DNA of 64,000 bases from Candidatus Saccharimonadales bacterium (GTDB lineage: Bacteria; Patescibacteriota; Saccharimonadia; Saccharimonadales; JAUPVS01), in assembly GCA_039920385.1 (NCBI GenBank), contig JBDSDR010000023.1, positions 6,430 through 70,429 on the forward strand. The letters run 5' to 3'. A model generated the notes under the pieces. That model saw nothing but the letters and a program-made list of their open reading frames with translations, had not been told where the DNA came from and made no database searches. The position numbers and the translations under genes were made by a program. Shown here piece by piece: positions 9,764-19,345 of the stretch; the first letter of the stretch is position 1, and each line of letters opens with the position of its first letter.

Positions 9764-10462
9764 TCAGTTGCTTACTTGTAGGCTTTGATAAATTGACTCT
9801 GAGCTTAATCTGTCTACAGGTAGAGCCTCTTTGATATCAAAATCACTGATTTTAGTGCGGCGTAACTGGCTGGTGTAGGCACCAGTTTTAAGAACTTCGC
9901 CGATGTCCTGAACCAATGATCTGATATAAGTCCCGCTCGACACGGCAACGGTAAATGAAAGCTCGGGATATTTGTACTCAACATCAGTAATTTCGTAAAT
10001 TTTAACCAGCCGTGACTTCATTTCTGGTACTTTGCCGTCTCGGGCGATTTTGTAGGCACGCTTGCCATCTATTTTTACGGCCGAGTAAATAGGCGGAACT
10101 TGGCTAATTTCACCCTTAAACTGCTCTAAAGCGGCCATAACAGCATTTTTTGGAGGTTCTACAGAGGAAACTGTAGTTTTCTCCCCTTCCTCATCACCTG
10201 TGGTACTGGTTTGACCCAAACTTGCCGTAACTTGGTAAGTTTTATCGAGCTTGGTAAATTCCTCGGCTTTTTTGGTGTAGTCACCGAGCATAACAATCAT
10301 CAAGCCAGTTGCTAAAGGGTCTAGGGTGCCAGCATGACCAACTGGAAAACGTTTTTTATTGGTGGTATTGAGGCCTGAATCCTGAATAATATGGCGAATT
10401 TTGTTAACCACATCAAAACTAGTCCAGTTTAGCGGTTTATCGATAAGTAAGTAGCCATTCAT
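9764..10462 (-). CDS. truB: tRNA pseudouridine(55) synthase TruB
   Basis: N-terminal GYLLIDKPLNWTSFDVV and the catalytic motif GHAGTLDPLATG. Confidence 0.93.
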   Translation of the reverse strand: MNGYLLIDKPLNWTSFDVVNKIRHIIQDSGLNTTNKKRFPVGHAGTLDPLATGLMIVMLGDYTKKAEEFTKLDKTYQVTASLGQTSTTGDEEGEKTTVSSVEPPKNAVMAALEQFKGEISQVPPIYSAVKIDGKRAYKIARDGKVPEMKSRLVKIYEITDVEYKYPELSFTVAVSSGTYIRSLVQDIGEVLKTGAYTSQLRRTKISDFDIKEALPVDRLSSESIYQSLQVSN

Positions 10463-12096
10463 TACTGAGATGGGGGCATTGGCATCGGCGGTGGTACCGG
10501 TGGCGGAGCCGTTGGATCACCGACGCTAGCCGTTGGGTCGGTTGGCTGGCTAGGCGGCAATAAGCTAGTTGGGATATTAGGGTTTACGCCATTGGTATTT
10601 GGCGGAGCGCCAAACGGAGTTGGATTGGCTGGCGGGTTTAGATCGACAGCCGGCGAGGCATTTAAGCGTTCTAAGGGGTTAAGTGGCGCGTTGGTGGGTT
10701 GAGCCGAGATTGCCTCGTCAACAGCTTCGCGAGCTTCTTCGATTACCTCAGCTTTAGGCTCAGTCGTATCGGCCAGCGGTTTTTCATCTAAATGTGGGCT
10801 CGACACTGATTCTTCGATGCCACTCAAAGTGGTACCAACACTTCTAACCGGTTCTCCCGACAGGCTGGTTGGTCGGTTCAGGATTGGCGGTGGTGGTGTC
10901 TGGCTATTAGCTGACGACAGTGAGAAAGGGTCCGTAGACGGCTCATTCTGAAGATGCTCAGGCTGACTATTAGCAGTCAGCTGACCGCCTAAGCTAGGCG
11001 GTTGCCAGGCCATATTGCCGGTTGGTTTAGGACTATCGTTAGTGGTAGATGCTGGGGTTCTATCAACTGCCGAACCGATGGCGGTGGCATGAGTCATAAT
11101 TGGCGGGTTAATCATGCTTTTGGGAGTTTCGCCTAGTAGGTCATTGCTGTCTTCGACTTTTTCCTCTGGTTTAGAAACTGGTTCCGAAACCGGTAGTTCT
11201 TCAACTGGAGCTGGCAAAACTGCTTCTGGGGTCTCGGTTTTAGCTGGCTTCTTATCAGTTTCTTGGTGAGAAATCTGCAACAAACCCGTACCATCATCGA
11301 CATCATCTTGAGTAGCCTCATCGGTAACGGCATCTTTTACTGGAATTGGCTGCTTGTCTTCTAGCTTGCTGGCAATTAGTTGCTGGTTGGCTCCAGCGCT
11401 CATAAGCTCCGAGGCCAGCGACATAGTCTGGGGGCTAGTTTTATCATTGCTAAAGCGGTCGGTTTCGGCGACGATTCCAGTCATAAAGGCTGTTGCCATT
11501 TGACCATCAATCGCTTCGGTTACAAGACCCTTGGTCAAAAGGGCTAACATTTCTGACAAACTGCTGGAGTTAAGATCTACCCAGTTGATTGCGCCCAAGT
11601 TTCCCTGGTCCTTATTGTTGACCGATATAACTGTGGCATCATGCAGAATTCGGCCGTGGGCAACAATCGCCTGATCAAGTTCACTTCTTTCGTGCACGCC
11701 CAGTGCCAAAACGGCGTCAACATTAAAATCACCTTGGCTGAAGTCGAGGTCTTTATCAGAAAGACTTGTTCTGTAAGGAGTGATGAAGATTTTGACAACC
11801 TTATCCTCTACCTTGTAGCGCAACTTGTCGGCTTTGGCTTTATCGAGAGCAATAATGAAGTCCCGCAAACTGTCGGTGTTCTTTTCGATAGTCGCTTCGG
11901 GCTTTAGAAACTCAATAGTTGATGGTATCGCCCCACTAAATACAGCGGTAGCATGTTTTTTTAAGTGGTTGAGGACTAACGTGATACCAATACAGGCCGC
12001 CAATTGGTCAACCGACGGGTTGGCACTAACAGTAATTAGCACATTGTTGGCTTCTTTTAAGCGGTCAATAATTTGTTGTCGAGCGTTCTGGTCCAT
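10462..12096 (-). CDS. DHH/DHHA1 phosphoesterase (NrnA-like) with a ~290-aa Pro/Thr/Ser-rich C-terminal tail
   Basis: The N-terminal ~250 aa show a DHH-family layout. The remainder is low-complexity and ends in PPPVPPPMPMPPSQ. Confidence 0.7.
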   Translation of the reverse strand: MDQNARQQIIDRLKEANNVLITVSANPSVDQLAACIGITLVLNHLKKHATAVFSGAIPSTIEFLKPEATIEKNTDSLRDFIIALDKAKADKLRYKVEDKVVKIFITPYRTSLSDKDLDFSQGDFNVDAVLALGVHERSELDQAIVAHGRILHDATVISVNNKDQGNLGAINWVDLNSSSLSEMLALLTKGLVTEAIDGQMATAFMTGIVAETDRFSNDKTSPQTMSLASELMSAGANQQLIASKLEDKQPIPVKDAVTDEATQDDVDDGTGLLQISHQETDKKPAKTETPEAVLPAPVEELPVSEPVSKPEEKVEDSNDLLGETPKSMINPPIMTHATAIGSAVDRTPASTTNDSPKPTGNMAWQPPSLGGQLTANSQPEHLQNEPSTDPFSLSSANSQTPPPPILNRPTSLSGEPVRSVGTTLSGIEESVSSPHLDEKPLADTTEPKAEVIEEAREAVDEAISAQPTNAPLNPLERLNASPAVDLNPPANPTPFGAPPNTNGVNPNIPTSLLPPSQPTDPTASVGDPTAPPPVPPPMPMPPSQ

Positions 12097-12244
12097 ATTT
12101 TTTTACGCTGTTTTTTGTTTTAGAGAATGTATACCAAAAGATTACCACTACCGGTTAGTTTTGTCTACTGCTTTCTTTACAAGAACAGAGCTGTCCGGTA
12201 TAGTGGTCTGCATTGTATAAACAACTAATGTTCTAAGGATATTC

Positions 12245-12586
12245 ATGCCAATTATCAAATCAGCTAAAAAGCGCGTTCGCGTCGCTAGCAAAGCTACGGC
12301 TCGCAACACTAAAACTAAACGAACCTTTAGAAGTGCCATTAAAGCCTTCCAAAACTCTTTAACAACTGGTAAGGATACTAAAAAGAAGCAAAGTGCCGCT
12401 CAGAGCAGCATCGATAAAGCTGTCAAAAAAGGTGTTATTCACAAGAACAAAGCCGCTCGAAAAAAGAGTCAGCTAGCCAAAGCCGCAAAATCTGCCGCTA
12501 AAGCCCCTGCCACTAAAAAGGCTGCCCCTAAGAAGGCTGTCGCCAAAAAACCGGCTGCTAAAAAAGCTCCAGCCAAGAAAAAATAG
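12245..12586 (+). CDS. rpsT: 30S ribosomal protein S20 with a Lys/Ala/Pro-rich C-terminal tail
   Basis: Starts MPIIKSAKKRVRVASKATARNTKTKRTFRSAIKAF, an S20 N-terminus. AAGGA SD. The C-terminus is AKAPATKKAAPKKAVAKKPAAKKAPAKKK. Confidence 0.9.
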   Translation: MPIIKSAKKRVRVASKATARNTKTKRTFRSAIKAFQNSLTTGKDTKKKQSAAQSSIDKAVKKGVIHKNKAARKKSQLAKAAKSAAKAPATKKAAPKKAVAKKPAAKKAPAKKK

Positions 12587-12587
12587 C

Positions 12588-13535
12588 TTAGCTCGAAAAG
12601 TTCAACAAGTAGTTGATAACCGCCTCATCAGCATCGATGGGGCGGCTTTTTAATTGAACATCGAGTTCGGTAGCTGCTCTGACCCAACCTTTTACATCTT
12701 GCAGGCTGTAGTTTTGTGCAACCGAAGCTGATTTGCTCAAAACATATGGGCTGACTTTGGCTTCTCGGGCGATGTCGGACTGGTTGCGCTCACCGGCTGT
12801 TTTTAATAAGGCCAGAATATGCAATTGCCAGGCCAGCATCCCCATAATTGCTAAGGGTTCGGTCTTTTGTTGGCGTTGCTCACGGTATAGAGCCACCGTC
12901 TTGGGCTTATTCCCCCTTAGGGCGGCATCGAGTAAATCAAAAACGCTACTTTGGGGAGTTGGCTCGGTCATTTCATCAATCGTCTGCCGGCTAATGGCGG
13001 GGCTATAATCTGCCAACTTTTGTAGTTCATTCGATAGCATCAGTTGGTTGGCACCAACCCTTTGAACTAAATACTGGGCATCCGATTGGCTCAAGCTGGC
13101 CTTTTCTTGCTTGGCTTGGTTAACTAGCCATTGGGCTAAACCGCGTTCATCTAACTCCTTGAACTCCCGAAAATCAGTCTGTTTTTGAAGGGCTTTGTAG
13201 TAGCTGGTTCGCTTGTCGAGCTTGGGCTCGACAATGATTAAATCGGTCGTGTCGTTAACGCTTGTCAAAAGTTGTTCAAGGTCTTCTTGGACAGCTTTTT
13301 GGGCAGACGGTTGGCGAAAAATAATGCACCGCTTAGCTACCAAAAATGGTAGCGCCTGTAAAATCGACGGCAGCAACTTGGGGTCAACATCCATACCATC
13401 GTAATTTTCCAACCCCATGTCGGTGTATTCTTTAATAAAGTCTTGACGAATTTTACGTAGCTCCTGACGGAGCATAAAGTCGTTGCTTCCAGTTAAAGTG
13501 ACAATCACTTTGGCTCTTTCTGGCAATACAGACAA
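12588..13535 (-). CDS. holA: DNA polymerase III delta subunit
   Basis: 315 aa. Length, position and helical C-terminal region are consistent with HolA. The assignment rests on general similarity recognised by eye. Confidence 0.7.
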   Translation of the reverse strand: MSVLPERAKVIVTLTGSNDFMLRQELRKIRQDFIKEYTDMGLENYDGMDVDPKLLPSILQALPFLVAKRCIIFRQPSAQKAVQEDLEQLLTSVNDTTDLIIVEPKLDKRTSYYKALQKQTDFREFKELDERGLAQWLVNQAKQEKASLSQSDAQYLVQRVGANQLMLSNELQKLADYSPAISRQTIDEMTEPTPQSSVFDLLDAALRGNKPKTVALYREQRQQKTEPLAIMGMLAWQLHILALLKTAGERNQSDIAREAKVSPYVLSKSASVAQNYSLQDVKGWVRAATELDVQLKSRPIDADEAVINYLLNFSS

Positions 13536-14380
13536 ACGTGCGTCCCCCGACCGGCTACTCGGGTTTTAATTATCTCCCGGCCGCAACGGGGGCAAGCCTG
13601 GCCTTCACGGCGAAAGACATTAGCAAAAGTTAAATAACTGCCTCGCTTACCCTCGGCATCGACATAGTTTCTATCACTCGAACCACCCTTTTCGATACTC
13701 AGCTCTAGTACGTCACGTAGCGACTGATACAAAGCATTGAGTTTTATCACCGAAACATCCTTAACCTTAGTGGATGGATGGATTTTGGCACCCCATAAAC
13801 CTTCGTCAGCATATATATTACCAATGCCGGCAACAACGGTTTGGTCGAGAATAGCAGCTTTTATAGTAGTGTTGGCACGTCTTTTTAATCTCTCCCGAAA
13901 GTCGGCTGGAAGAAAGTCGGCTGCCAACGGTTCGGGACCGACTTTTTTGAAGAAATCTATGTTAGGTACTTCGGGGGTTGGCAGTAAACGCATCCAACCA
14001 AACCGCCGTTGATCATTAAAAAACAGCTGAGCGCCATTTAACCGCAGACTAACCCTAGTGGAACGATCTGGCAGGTCACCGATTAGGCTGTCGTTAGGGT
14101 GGCCGGCTCCAAATCTACCGCCATCATCTGCGCGGTAAACTAATTGTCCGGTCATCTTTAGGTGAATTAGCAATGTGTAATTGGTGCTCAGTTCGATCAT
14201 CAGGACTTTGGCGCGTCGTTTAACTGAGTTAACCTCGGCACCAATTAAAAAAGCCTCGACGTCTTGAACGGCATTTGGGAACGATCGATCATAGGTAGTG
14301 GTAACTCCTATTATTTTGCGTCCTGGTAATAGCTCGGCTAGCCCCCGACGGACAGTTTCTACCTCTGGTAACTCTGGCAT
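13505..14380 (-). CDS. mutM: Formamidopyrimidine-DNA glycosylase
   Basis: N-terminal MPELPEVETVRRGL with catalytic Pro2. H2TH region. C-terminal zinc finger CPRCG...CLYCQ. Confidence 0.93.
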   Translation of the reverse strand: MPELPEVETVRRGLAELLPGRKIIGVTTTYDRSFPNAVQDVEAFLIGAEVNSVKRRAKVLMIELSTNYTLLIHLKMTGQLVYRADDGGRFGAGHPNDSLIGDLPDRSTRVSLRLNGAQLFFNDQRRFGWMRLLPTPEVPNIDFFKKVGPEPLAADFLPADFRERLKRRANTTIKAAILDQTVVAGIGNIYADEGLWGAKIHPSTKVKDVSVIKLNALYQSLRDVLELSIEKGGSSDRNYVDAEGKRGSYLTFANVFRREGQACPRCGREIIKTRVAGRGTHVCLYCQKEPK

Positions 14381-14439
14381 AGCTATATTGTAGGCTGTTA
14401 CACAACCTCAGCACAAGCTTTTGAGGCTATACTATAGCT

Positions 14440-14682
14440 ATGAGTCACGCGCTTTCCGACATATTAGCCGACCGTTTCGAGGAAGAACCGGAAGAAATAG
14501 TTATTATTAAAAGCTATGTTCTTGATAATTTAGATCAAACTGTGGCCGTGGCTATTCGCGATCAGCAACTGATTATCACCACACGTTCAGCGGCCGTAGC
14601 CGGGGCACTTCGACCTCACCTGTTTAAGCTCAAAAAACTGTGTGGGACCGATAAACGCTTAGTGATTAGAATTGGCCACTAA
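14440..14682 (+). CDS. DUF721/DciA-like small protein
   Basis: 80 aa. QQLIITTRSAAVAGALRPHLFKLKKLCGTDKRLVIRIG matches the DUF721 pattern (beta-strand, S-x-AWA-like, helix, I-x-I-x-x-G). It lies among replication and repair genes. Confidence 0.45.
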   Translation: MSHALSDILADRFEEEPEEIVIIKSYVLDNLDQTVAVAIRDQQLIITTRSAAVAGALRPHLFKLKKLCGTDKRLVIRIGH

Positions 14683-14683
14683 A

Positions 14684-15277
14684 CTAAAAAATACCGTTGC
14701 TAGAACCGCCACTAGTGGACAGGCTAACACCTTGGGTGACCTTGGTATAATTAGGGATTTGGGACTGAAATAAGCTGTTAGTTAGAGCAACATTACCGCC
14801 AAATGACCCCTTAGTACATGAGGCTGTCCACAGATCAATCACATCTTTAGTAGAATCAACCAACTTGTAGTAAGAACGACTGCCGGTTGGGCAAATTGCT
14901 TGAGAGCTAATTTTACTGTCAATTTTTCGCTCCACCGTAAAACCAGCGCGAGTTATGGCAGCCAAAAAATCACTATACGAATTTACGTCGTTAGGATAAG
15001 TTTGACTGGTTAGCACCTGCCCTTCGTAGCCAGTGAAGACTGTAACGTTACGGGTTAGCGGACTGATGGTTATCTTAATTGAGCGATGGTTTTCAAGTGC
15101 ATTAATGGCGCCGCTAATAGTAAAGTCGACAGCTGCGTTGTTGTTTGTCTTATAATCAGACAGTTTAACTACCTTATGACTAGGGGTAGTAACGGTTTTT
15201 GAACCGCCTCTGTTAAATACGACAATTCCAAAAATTATCAATAACAGTACGCCGAGAGAAATTAAAAAATACTTCAT
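14684..15277 (-). CDS. Membrane-anchored extracytoplasmic hypothetical protein
   Basis: N-terminal TM helix (FLISLGVLLLIIFGIVVF) followed by a ~170-aa domain with two Cys. Confidence 0.6.
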   Translation of the reverse strand: MKYFLISLGVLLLIIFGIVVFNRGGSKTVTTPSHKVVKLSDYKTNNNAAVDFTISGAINALENHRSIKITISPLTRNVTVFTGYEGQVLTSQTYPNDVNSYSDFLAAITRAGFTVERKIDSKISSQAICPTGSRSYYKLVDSTKDVIDLWTASCTKGSFGGNVALTNSLFQSQIPNYTKVTQGVSLSTSGGSSNGIF

Positions 15278-15339
15278 AAATCCTACACTTAATGTGTACT
15301 AATCATAACATATTTACAAATTGCTGGCAAGGCTTATGG

Positions 15340-18006
15340 TTAGAGCTCACCCCAGTCTTTGCCACGAGTAACATCAACCTTAAGTTTTACCGGCAGTTTA
15401 TAGATATTCTCCATCTTGTCCTTTAGCAAAGCTTCAACCTGCTTGGCATGGGCTTCGGGGCACTCTATCAAGATGGAGTCATGAATCTGGAGCAACTGTT
15501 TAGCATCTAGAGCTTCGAGCTCTTGGTTAACTGCCACCATGGCTAGCTTCATCAGATCGGCCGCCGTCCCCTGCACCGGCATATTAATAGCAGCTCGATA
15601 AGCGCCCTCGCGGACTGCAAAGTTAGACGAATGAACATCTGGGGTTGGCCGGCGGCGGCCAAGCAAAGTTTCGACGTAACCGTCATCTTGGGCCTTCTTG
15701 CGCAAAGATTCGATATAGCTTTTAAGCTGAGGGCGAATCTCAAAGTATTTGGCAATAAAGTCGCGGGCTTCACCAAAAGGCATACCGGTCCCCGCGCTCA
15801 AACCATGAGGCCCTTGGCCATACATAATGCCAAAGTTAACCGCCTTGGCCGAGTAGCGCTGCTGTTTACTGACATCTTCGGGCTTAATACCGTAAATTGC
15901 CGCAGCAGTGGCCTGATGAATGTCCATATCGCTATTAAAGGCTTCGATCATGCCTTTATCACCACTGAGGGCGGCAGCAATCCGCAGCTCAAACTGACTA
16001 TAGTCAGCGCTAACTAGCAGCTTGCCCTTGCCAGCCACAAAAGCGCTACGAATCCGTTTGCCCAAATCTGTCCGGATGGGGATATTCTGTAAATTCGGAT
16101 CATTACTCGATAACCGCCCTGTCTGGGCAACAACCATACTAAAAGTCGTATGCAAACGTGAACTTTCGTCTACCTGTTCCGGCAAAGTATCGACGTAGGT
16201 GTTCTTGAGCTTGCTGACTTCGCGGAATTGAGTAATTAAATCAATAATTGGGTGCTGGCCGCGCAACTTATCAAGCTCACTGGCCGCTGTTGAATAACTA
16301 GTTTTTCCTTTTTTTATACCTTTGCTGGGCAGTGCCAAGTCAGTGAACAAAACTTCTGATAATTGCGCCGGCGAAGCGATGTTAAATTCTTTATTGGCCT
16401 GGCCATAAATTTTTTGTTCAAGATCGCTGACACTGTCATTTAACTCAAGTGCGAATTTCTTTAGATAGCTAGTATTGAGCTCGATGCCTTGATATTCCAT
16501 TTCGGCCAACACCGGAATTACCGGCCAATCAACTTGGCTAGCAGCCTTAGCCACACCGGGCAATTCTTTAAGTTCCTTGAGTTGTTGGCTGTACAGCGCG
16601 GCAATAATAGCGATGATTTCTGGCTCACTACCAATCAGTTCCTGATCTGTTAAATCTTCGAAGCCATTACCTTCATAGCCAAGCTTCAATTGCGCAAGCT
16701 CGCCCAAAGTTTGAACTCTTTCTAAACTATTCACCAGGAATGCCCCAACCATAACATCGTGGTGCACGGCCGGTAATGGGATGCCGAGCTCAATCAGCAT
16801 CTTGAGTGTGCTCTTTACGTCGTAGCCAATCAGCTCCAGATCTTTTACATCGAAGAGTCGTCTGACTGCCTCCGCTGAGACTCTATTGAGATCGAGCGTG
16901 TAAACCGTTTTATTGTCAGAACTGAAGGTTAATAGTTGTGGTTTACGGCCATGTTTGCCGGCGCAGCGGCTATGGACGAATAATTTAGTACTGAGCTTAA
17001 TATTTTCTAGTTCTTTGTCACTAGTAACATATTTGGAAGCACCGACTTTTACTTGGGTAGGAAGATGGGCAGGCGCTTCCCCATCTTCTTGGGGTACTTT
17101 CATAATTTCTGGTAACTGACGCACTAGGCTACGGAACTCAAGTTTTTGGAGCAGATCCATTACCTTTGCCGGATCACAACCACTACCGTCAAGGTCTTTA
17201 GGCGTAAATTTAACGGGCGCATCGAGCCAGATTGAGGCGAGTTGCTTGCTTAAATAAGCCAGGTCCTTGCCAGCTTCCAGCTTTTTACGAGTTGTCTCGC
17301 GGATTAAATCGAGATTTTCATAGACACCATCAAGCGTTTTATACTCGTTGAGCAAATCGATAGCACCTTTTTCGCCAATACCGGGTACCCCTGGGATATT
17401 GTCTGAGGAATCGCCCTTTAGTGACTTAAGATCCAGAAATTGATTCACTTTAATGTTGTACTTAGCCTCAAAGCTCTTAGGTGAATACAATTCTATGTTA
17501 CTGAGACCTTTTTTGAGCGCAAAAACGTGCACATGGTCGTTAACCAACTGAAGCATATCCAAGTCAGAGGTAATCAGCATGGTTTCGACATCTTTTTTTG
17601 TCGCCTGAACAGCCAAAGCCCCCATTATGTCATCGGCCTCGTAGTCATCTAGTTCATACAGCGGCCAACCAAAGGCATCGAGCAGTTCGTGAAGTACTGG
17701 GATTTGGGCATAAAAATCTGGTGGGGGTGGCTTACGGCCAGCTTTATACTTGGGGTACAATTCTAAACGTTTACGAATATTGGTTTTGGGCTTGTCCCAA
17801 GCCACACATACATAATCTGGTTTAAGGCGCCTGAGCACCTCTAGTGCCATAGTGGCAAAGCCAAATACACCACCAGTTGGCGTGCCGTCTTTGGTGGACA
17901 GATTTGGCATGGCATAATATCCCCGATAGAATACCGACTTACCATCAATAATCGCTAATTTTTTGCGCTTGCTACCGGCTATTGCCGCTTCTTCTGCCTC
18001 TGTCAT
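15340..18006 (-). CDS. polA: DNA polymerase I
   Basis: 888 aa. 5'-nuclease domain (GDSSDNIPGVPGIGEKGA). Pol motif A (LLVSADYSQFELRI) and motif B (RYSAKAVNFGIMYG). QIHDSI. Confidence 0.96.
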   Translation of the reverse strand: MTEAEEAAIAGSKRKKLAIIDGKSVFYRGYYAMPNLSTKDGTPTGGVFGFATMALEVLRRLKPDYVCVAWDKPKTNIRKRLELYPKYKAGRKPPPPDFYAQIPVLHELLDAFGWPLYELDDYEADDIMGALAVQATKKDVETMLITSDLDMLQLVNDHVHVFALKKGLSNIELYSPKSFEAKYNIKVNQFLDLKSLKGDSSDNIPGVPGIGEKGAIDLLNEYKTLDGVYENLDLIRETTRKKLEAGKDLAYLSKQLASIWLDAPVKFTPKDLDGSGCDPAKVMDLLQKLEFRSLVRQLPEIMKVPQEDGEAPAHLPTQVKVGASKYVTSDKELENIKLSTKLFVHSRCAGKHGRKPQLLTFSSDNKTVYTLDLNRVSAEAVRRLFDVKDLELIGYDVKSTLKMLIELGIPLPAVHHDVMVGAFLVNSLERVQTLGELAQLKLGYEGNGFEDLTDQELIGSEPEIIAIIAALYSQQLKELKELPGVAKAASQVDWPVIPVLAEMEYQGIELNTSYLKKFALELNDSVSDLEQKIYGQANKEFNIASPAQLSEVLFTDLALPSKGIKKGKTSYSTAASELDKLRGQHPIIDLITQFREVSKLKNTYVDTLPEQVDESSRLHTTFSMVVAQTGRLSSNDPNLQNIPIRTDLGKRIRSAFVAGKGKLLVSADYSQFELRIAAALSGDKGMIEAFNSDMDIHQATAAAIYGIKPEDVSKQQRYSAKAVNFGIMYGQGPHGLSAGTGMPFGEARDFIAKYFEIRPQLKSYIESLRKKAQDDGYVETLLGRRRPTPDVHSSNFAVREGAYRAAINMPVQGTAADLMKLAMVAVNQELEALDAKQLLQIHDSILIECPEAHAKQVEALLKDKMENIYKLPVKLKVDVTRGKDWGEL

Positions 18007-18037
18007 AGCTATTAGTATACCCTAGAGCCTAGCGCCA

Positions 18038-19345
18038 TTATATGTAATCCATCAGTCGTTCTAGCCCCATTGCCGGATGACGCAACTTAGTAAGCGCCCG
18101 AGACTCAATCTGCCTAATACGCTCACGCGTAAGTTTAAACTCCCTACCAACTTCCTCGAGCGTTTTGCTTTCGCCATTTTTGTCGACCATACCAAAGCGG
18201 AACCTAAGAATTGCCTGTTCTCTTTCGTCCAACCGCTCTAGTGCCCGATTTAGTTCTGTAGTTAAATCGTTATGTTTAATCATGTCGTCGTAGCCAGTTG
18301 TGGAAGCCGGGTCGGCCGTAGATTCGCCAAGCGTGCGAGAATTAGGGTCATCACCTAACTCCCGATCTAACGAGTCAACCTGACCCTCACGTCGGATACG
18401 AATCATATCAAGCACCTTCTGTTCGTCCCATTCAAGATCTTCGGCAAGTGCCAAAATATCTTTATGTTTATCCTCCAGAGCAAGTCTGGCTTCGGCTCGG
18501 CTAAGTTTGGTAAAATCATCGTTGACATGAACCGGCAGTCTAATCTCCCTACTAGTAGTATCAACCCCCCGACTAATTGCTTGGCGGATCCACCAGGTAG
18601 CGTAGGTGCTAAACTTAAAACCTTTACGATAGTCAAACTTATCCACCGCATGGTCCAAACCAAGATTACCTTCCTGGATTAAATCCATTAAAGGTAAGCC
18701 CCGATTTTGATGCTTCTTGGCGATTGAAACTACCAAACGAAGATTAGCATGCATAAAATCTTCCTTGGCACGCAGACCATCCCGTACCCGTCGCTCTAGG
18801 GCTCGTCGCTGGCTAACTGATAAATCAGGTTCGGCTAAACTGCTTTGGGCCTCTAGGCCTTCGGTTACCCGTTTGCCCAGGCGCGCTTCGCCAGCCTTAT
18901 CAATCAGAGGATACTGACTAATTTGCTTTAGGTACATCCTAACTAAATCGTCGCCCGATACTATGCGATTAGCGCGGGGCGTAACCGGTTTGTCTTCTCC
19001 GGGGGCTACGTATGTGGGCTTTTTGGCAGGTTTAGGCTTAGGGGCCTGCGCAGTTTTTGGTACAGCTATGGGTACGGGTGTTTTAGCCTCAACGGGCTTG
19101 ATTACTCGAGATGGGGCTGGGCGTAAATCTACTGTTACCTCTGTGGCCTCAAAAACAATCGGTTCATCGCTAGTCACAAACGGACACAACAAAAAATCAT
19201 CAATTGACTCTTCATCTATTTCTGGCTCGATTAGTGGGTTAAAGTCTAGCTCGGCAATCGATTTTAGGGCGACAACTGGTATAAACTCAGCAATCGCGGC
19301 CTGTTTAGCGTAAGCAGCTTCAGCGATGTCCAGTAATTCATTCAT
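18038..19345 (-). CDS. RpoD-like sigma-70 factor, second copy, with a divergent acidic and Pro/Lys-rich N-terminus
   Basis: Region 2 reads [39 protein letters not shown]. Region 4 reads [29 protein letters not shown]. The primary rpoD is the dnaG-linked copy at 25839..27008. Confidence 0.88.
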   Translation of the reverse strand: MNELLDIAEAAYAKQAAIAEFIPVVALKSIAELDFNPLIEPEIDEESIDDFLLCPFVTSDEPIVFEATEVTVDLRPAPSRVIKPVEAKTPVPIAVPKTAQAPKPKPAKKPTYVAPGEDKPVTPRANRIVSGDDLVRMYLKQISQYPLIDKAGEARLGKRVTEGLEAQSSLAEPDLSVSQRRALERRVRDGLRAKEDFMHANLRLVVSIAKKHQNRGLPLMDLIQEGNLGLDHAVDKFDYRKGFKFSTYATWWIRQAISRGVDTTSREIRLPVHVNDDFTKLSRAEARLALEDKHKDILALAEDLEWDEQKVLDMIRIRREGQVDSLDRELGDDPNSRTLGESTADPASTTGYDDMIKHNDLTTELNRALERLDEREQAILRFRFGMVDKNGESKTLEEVGREFKLTRERIRQIESRALTKLRHPAMGLERLMDYI

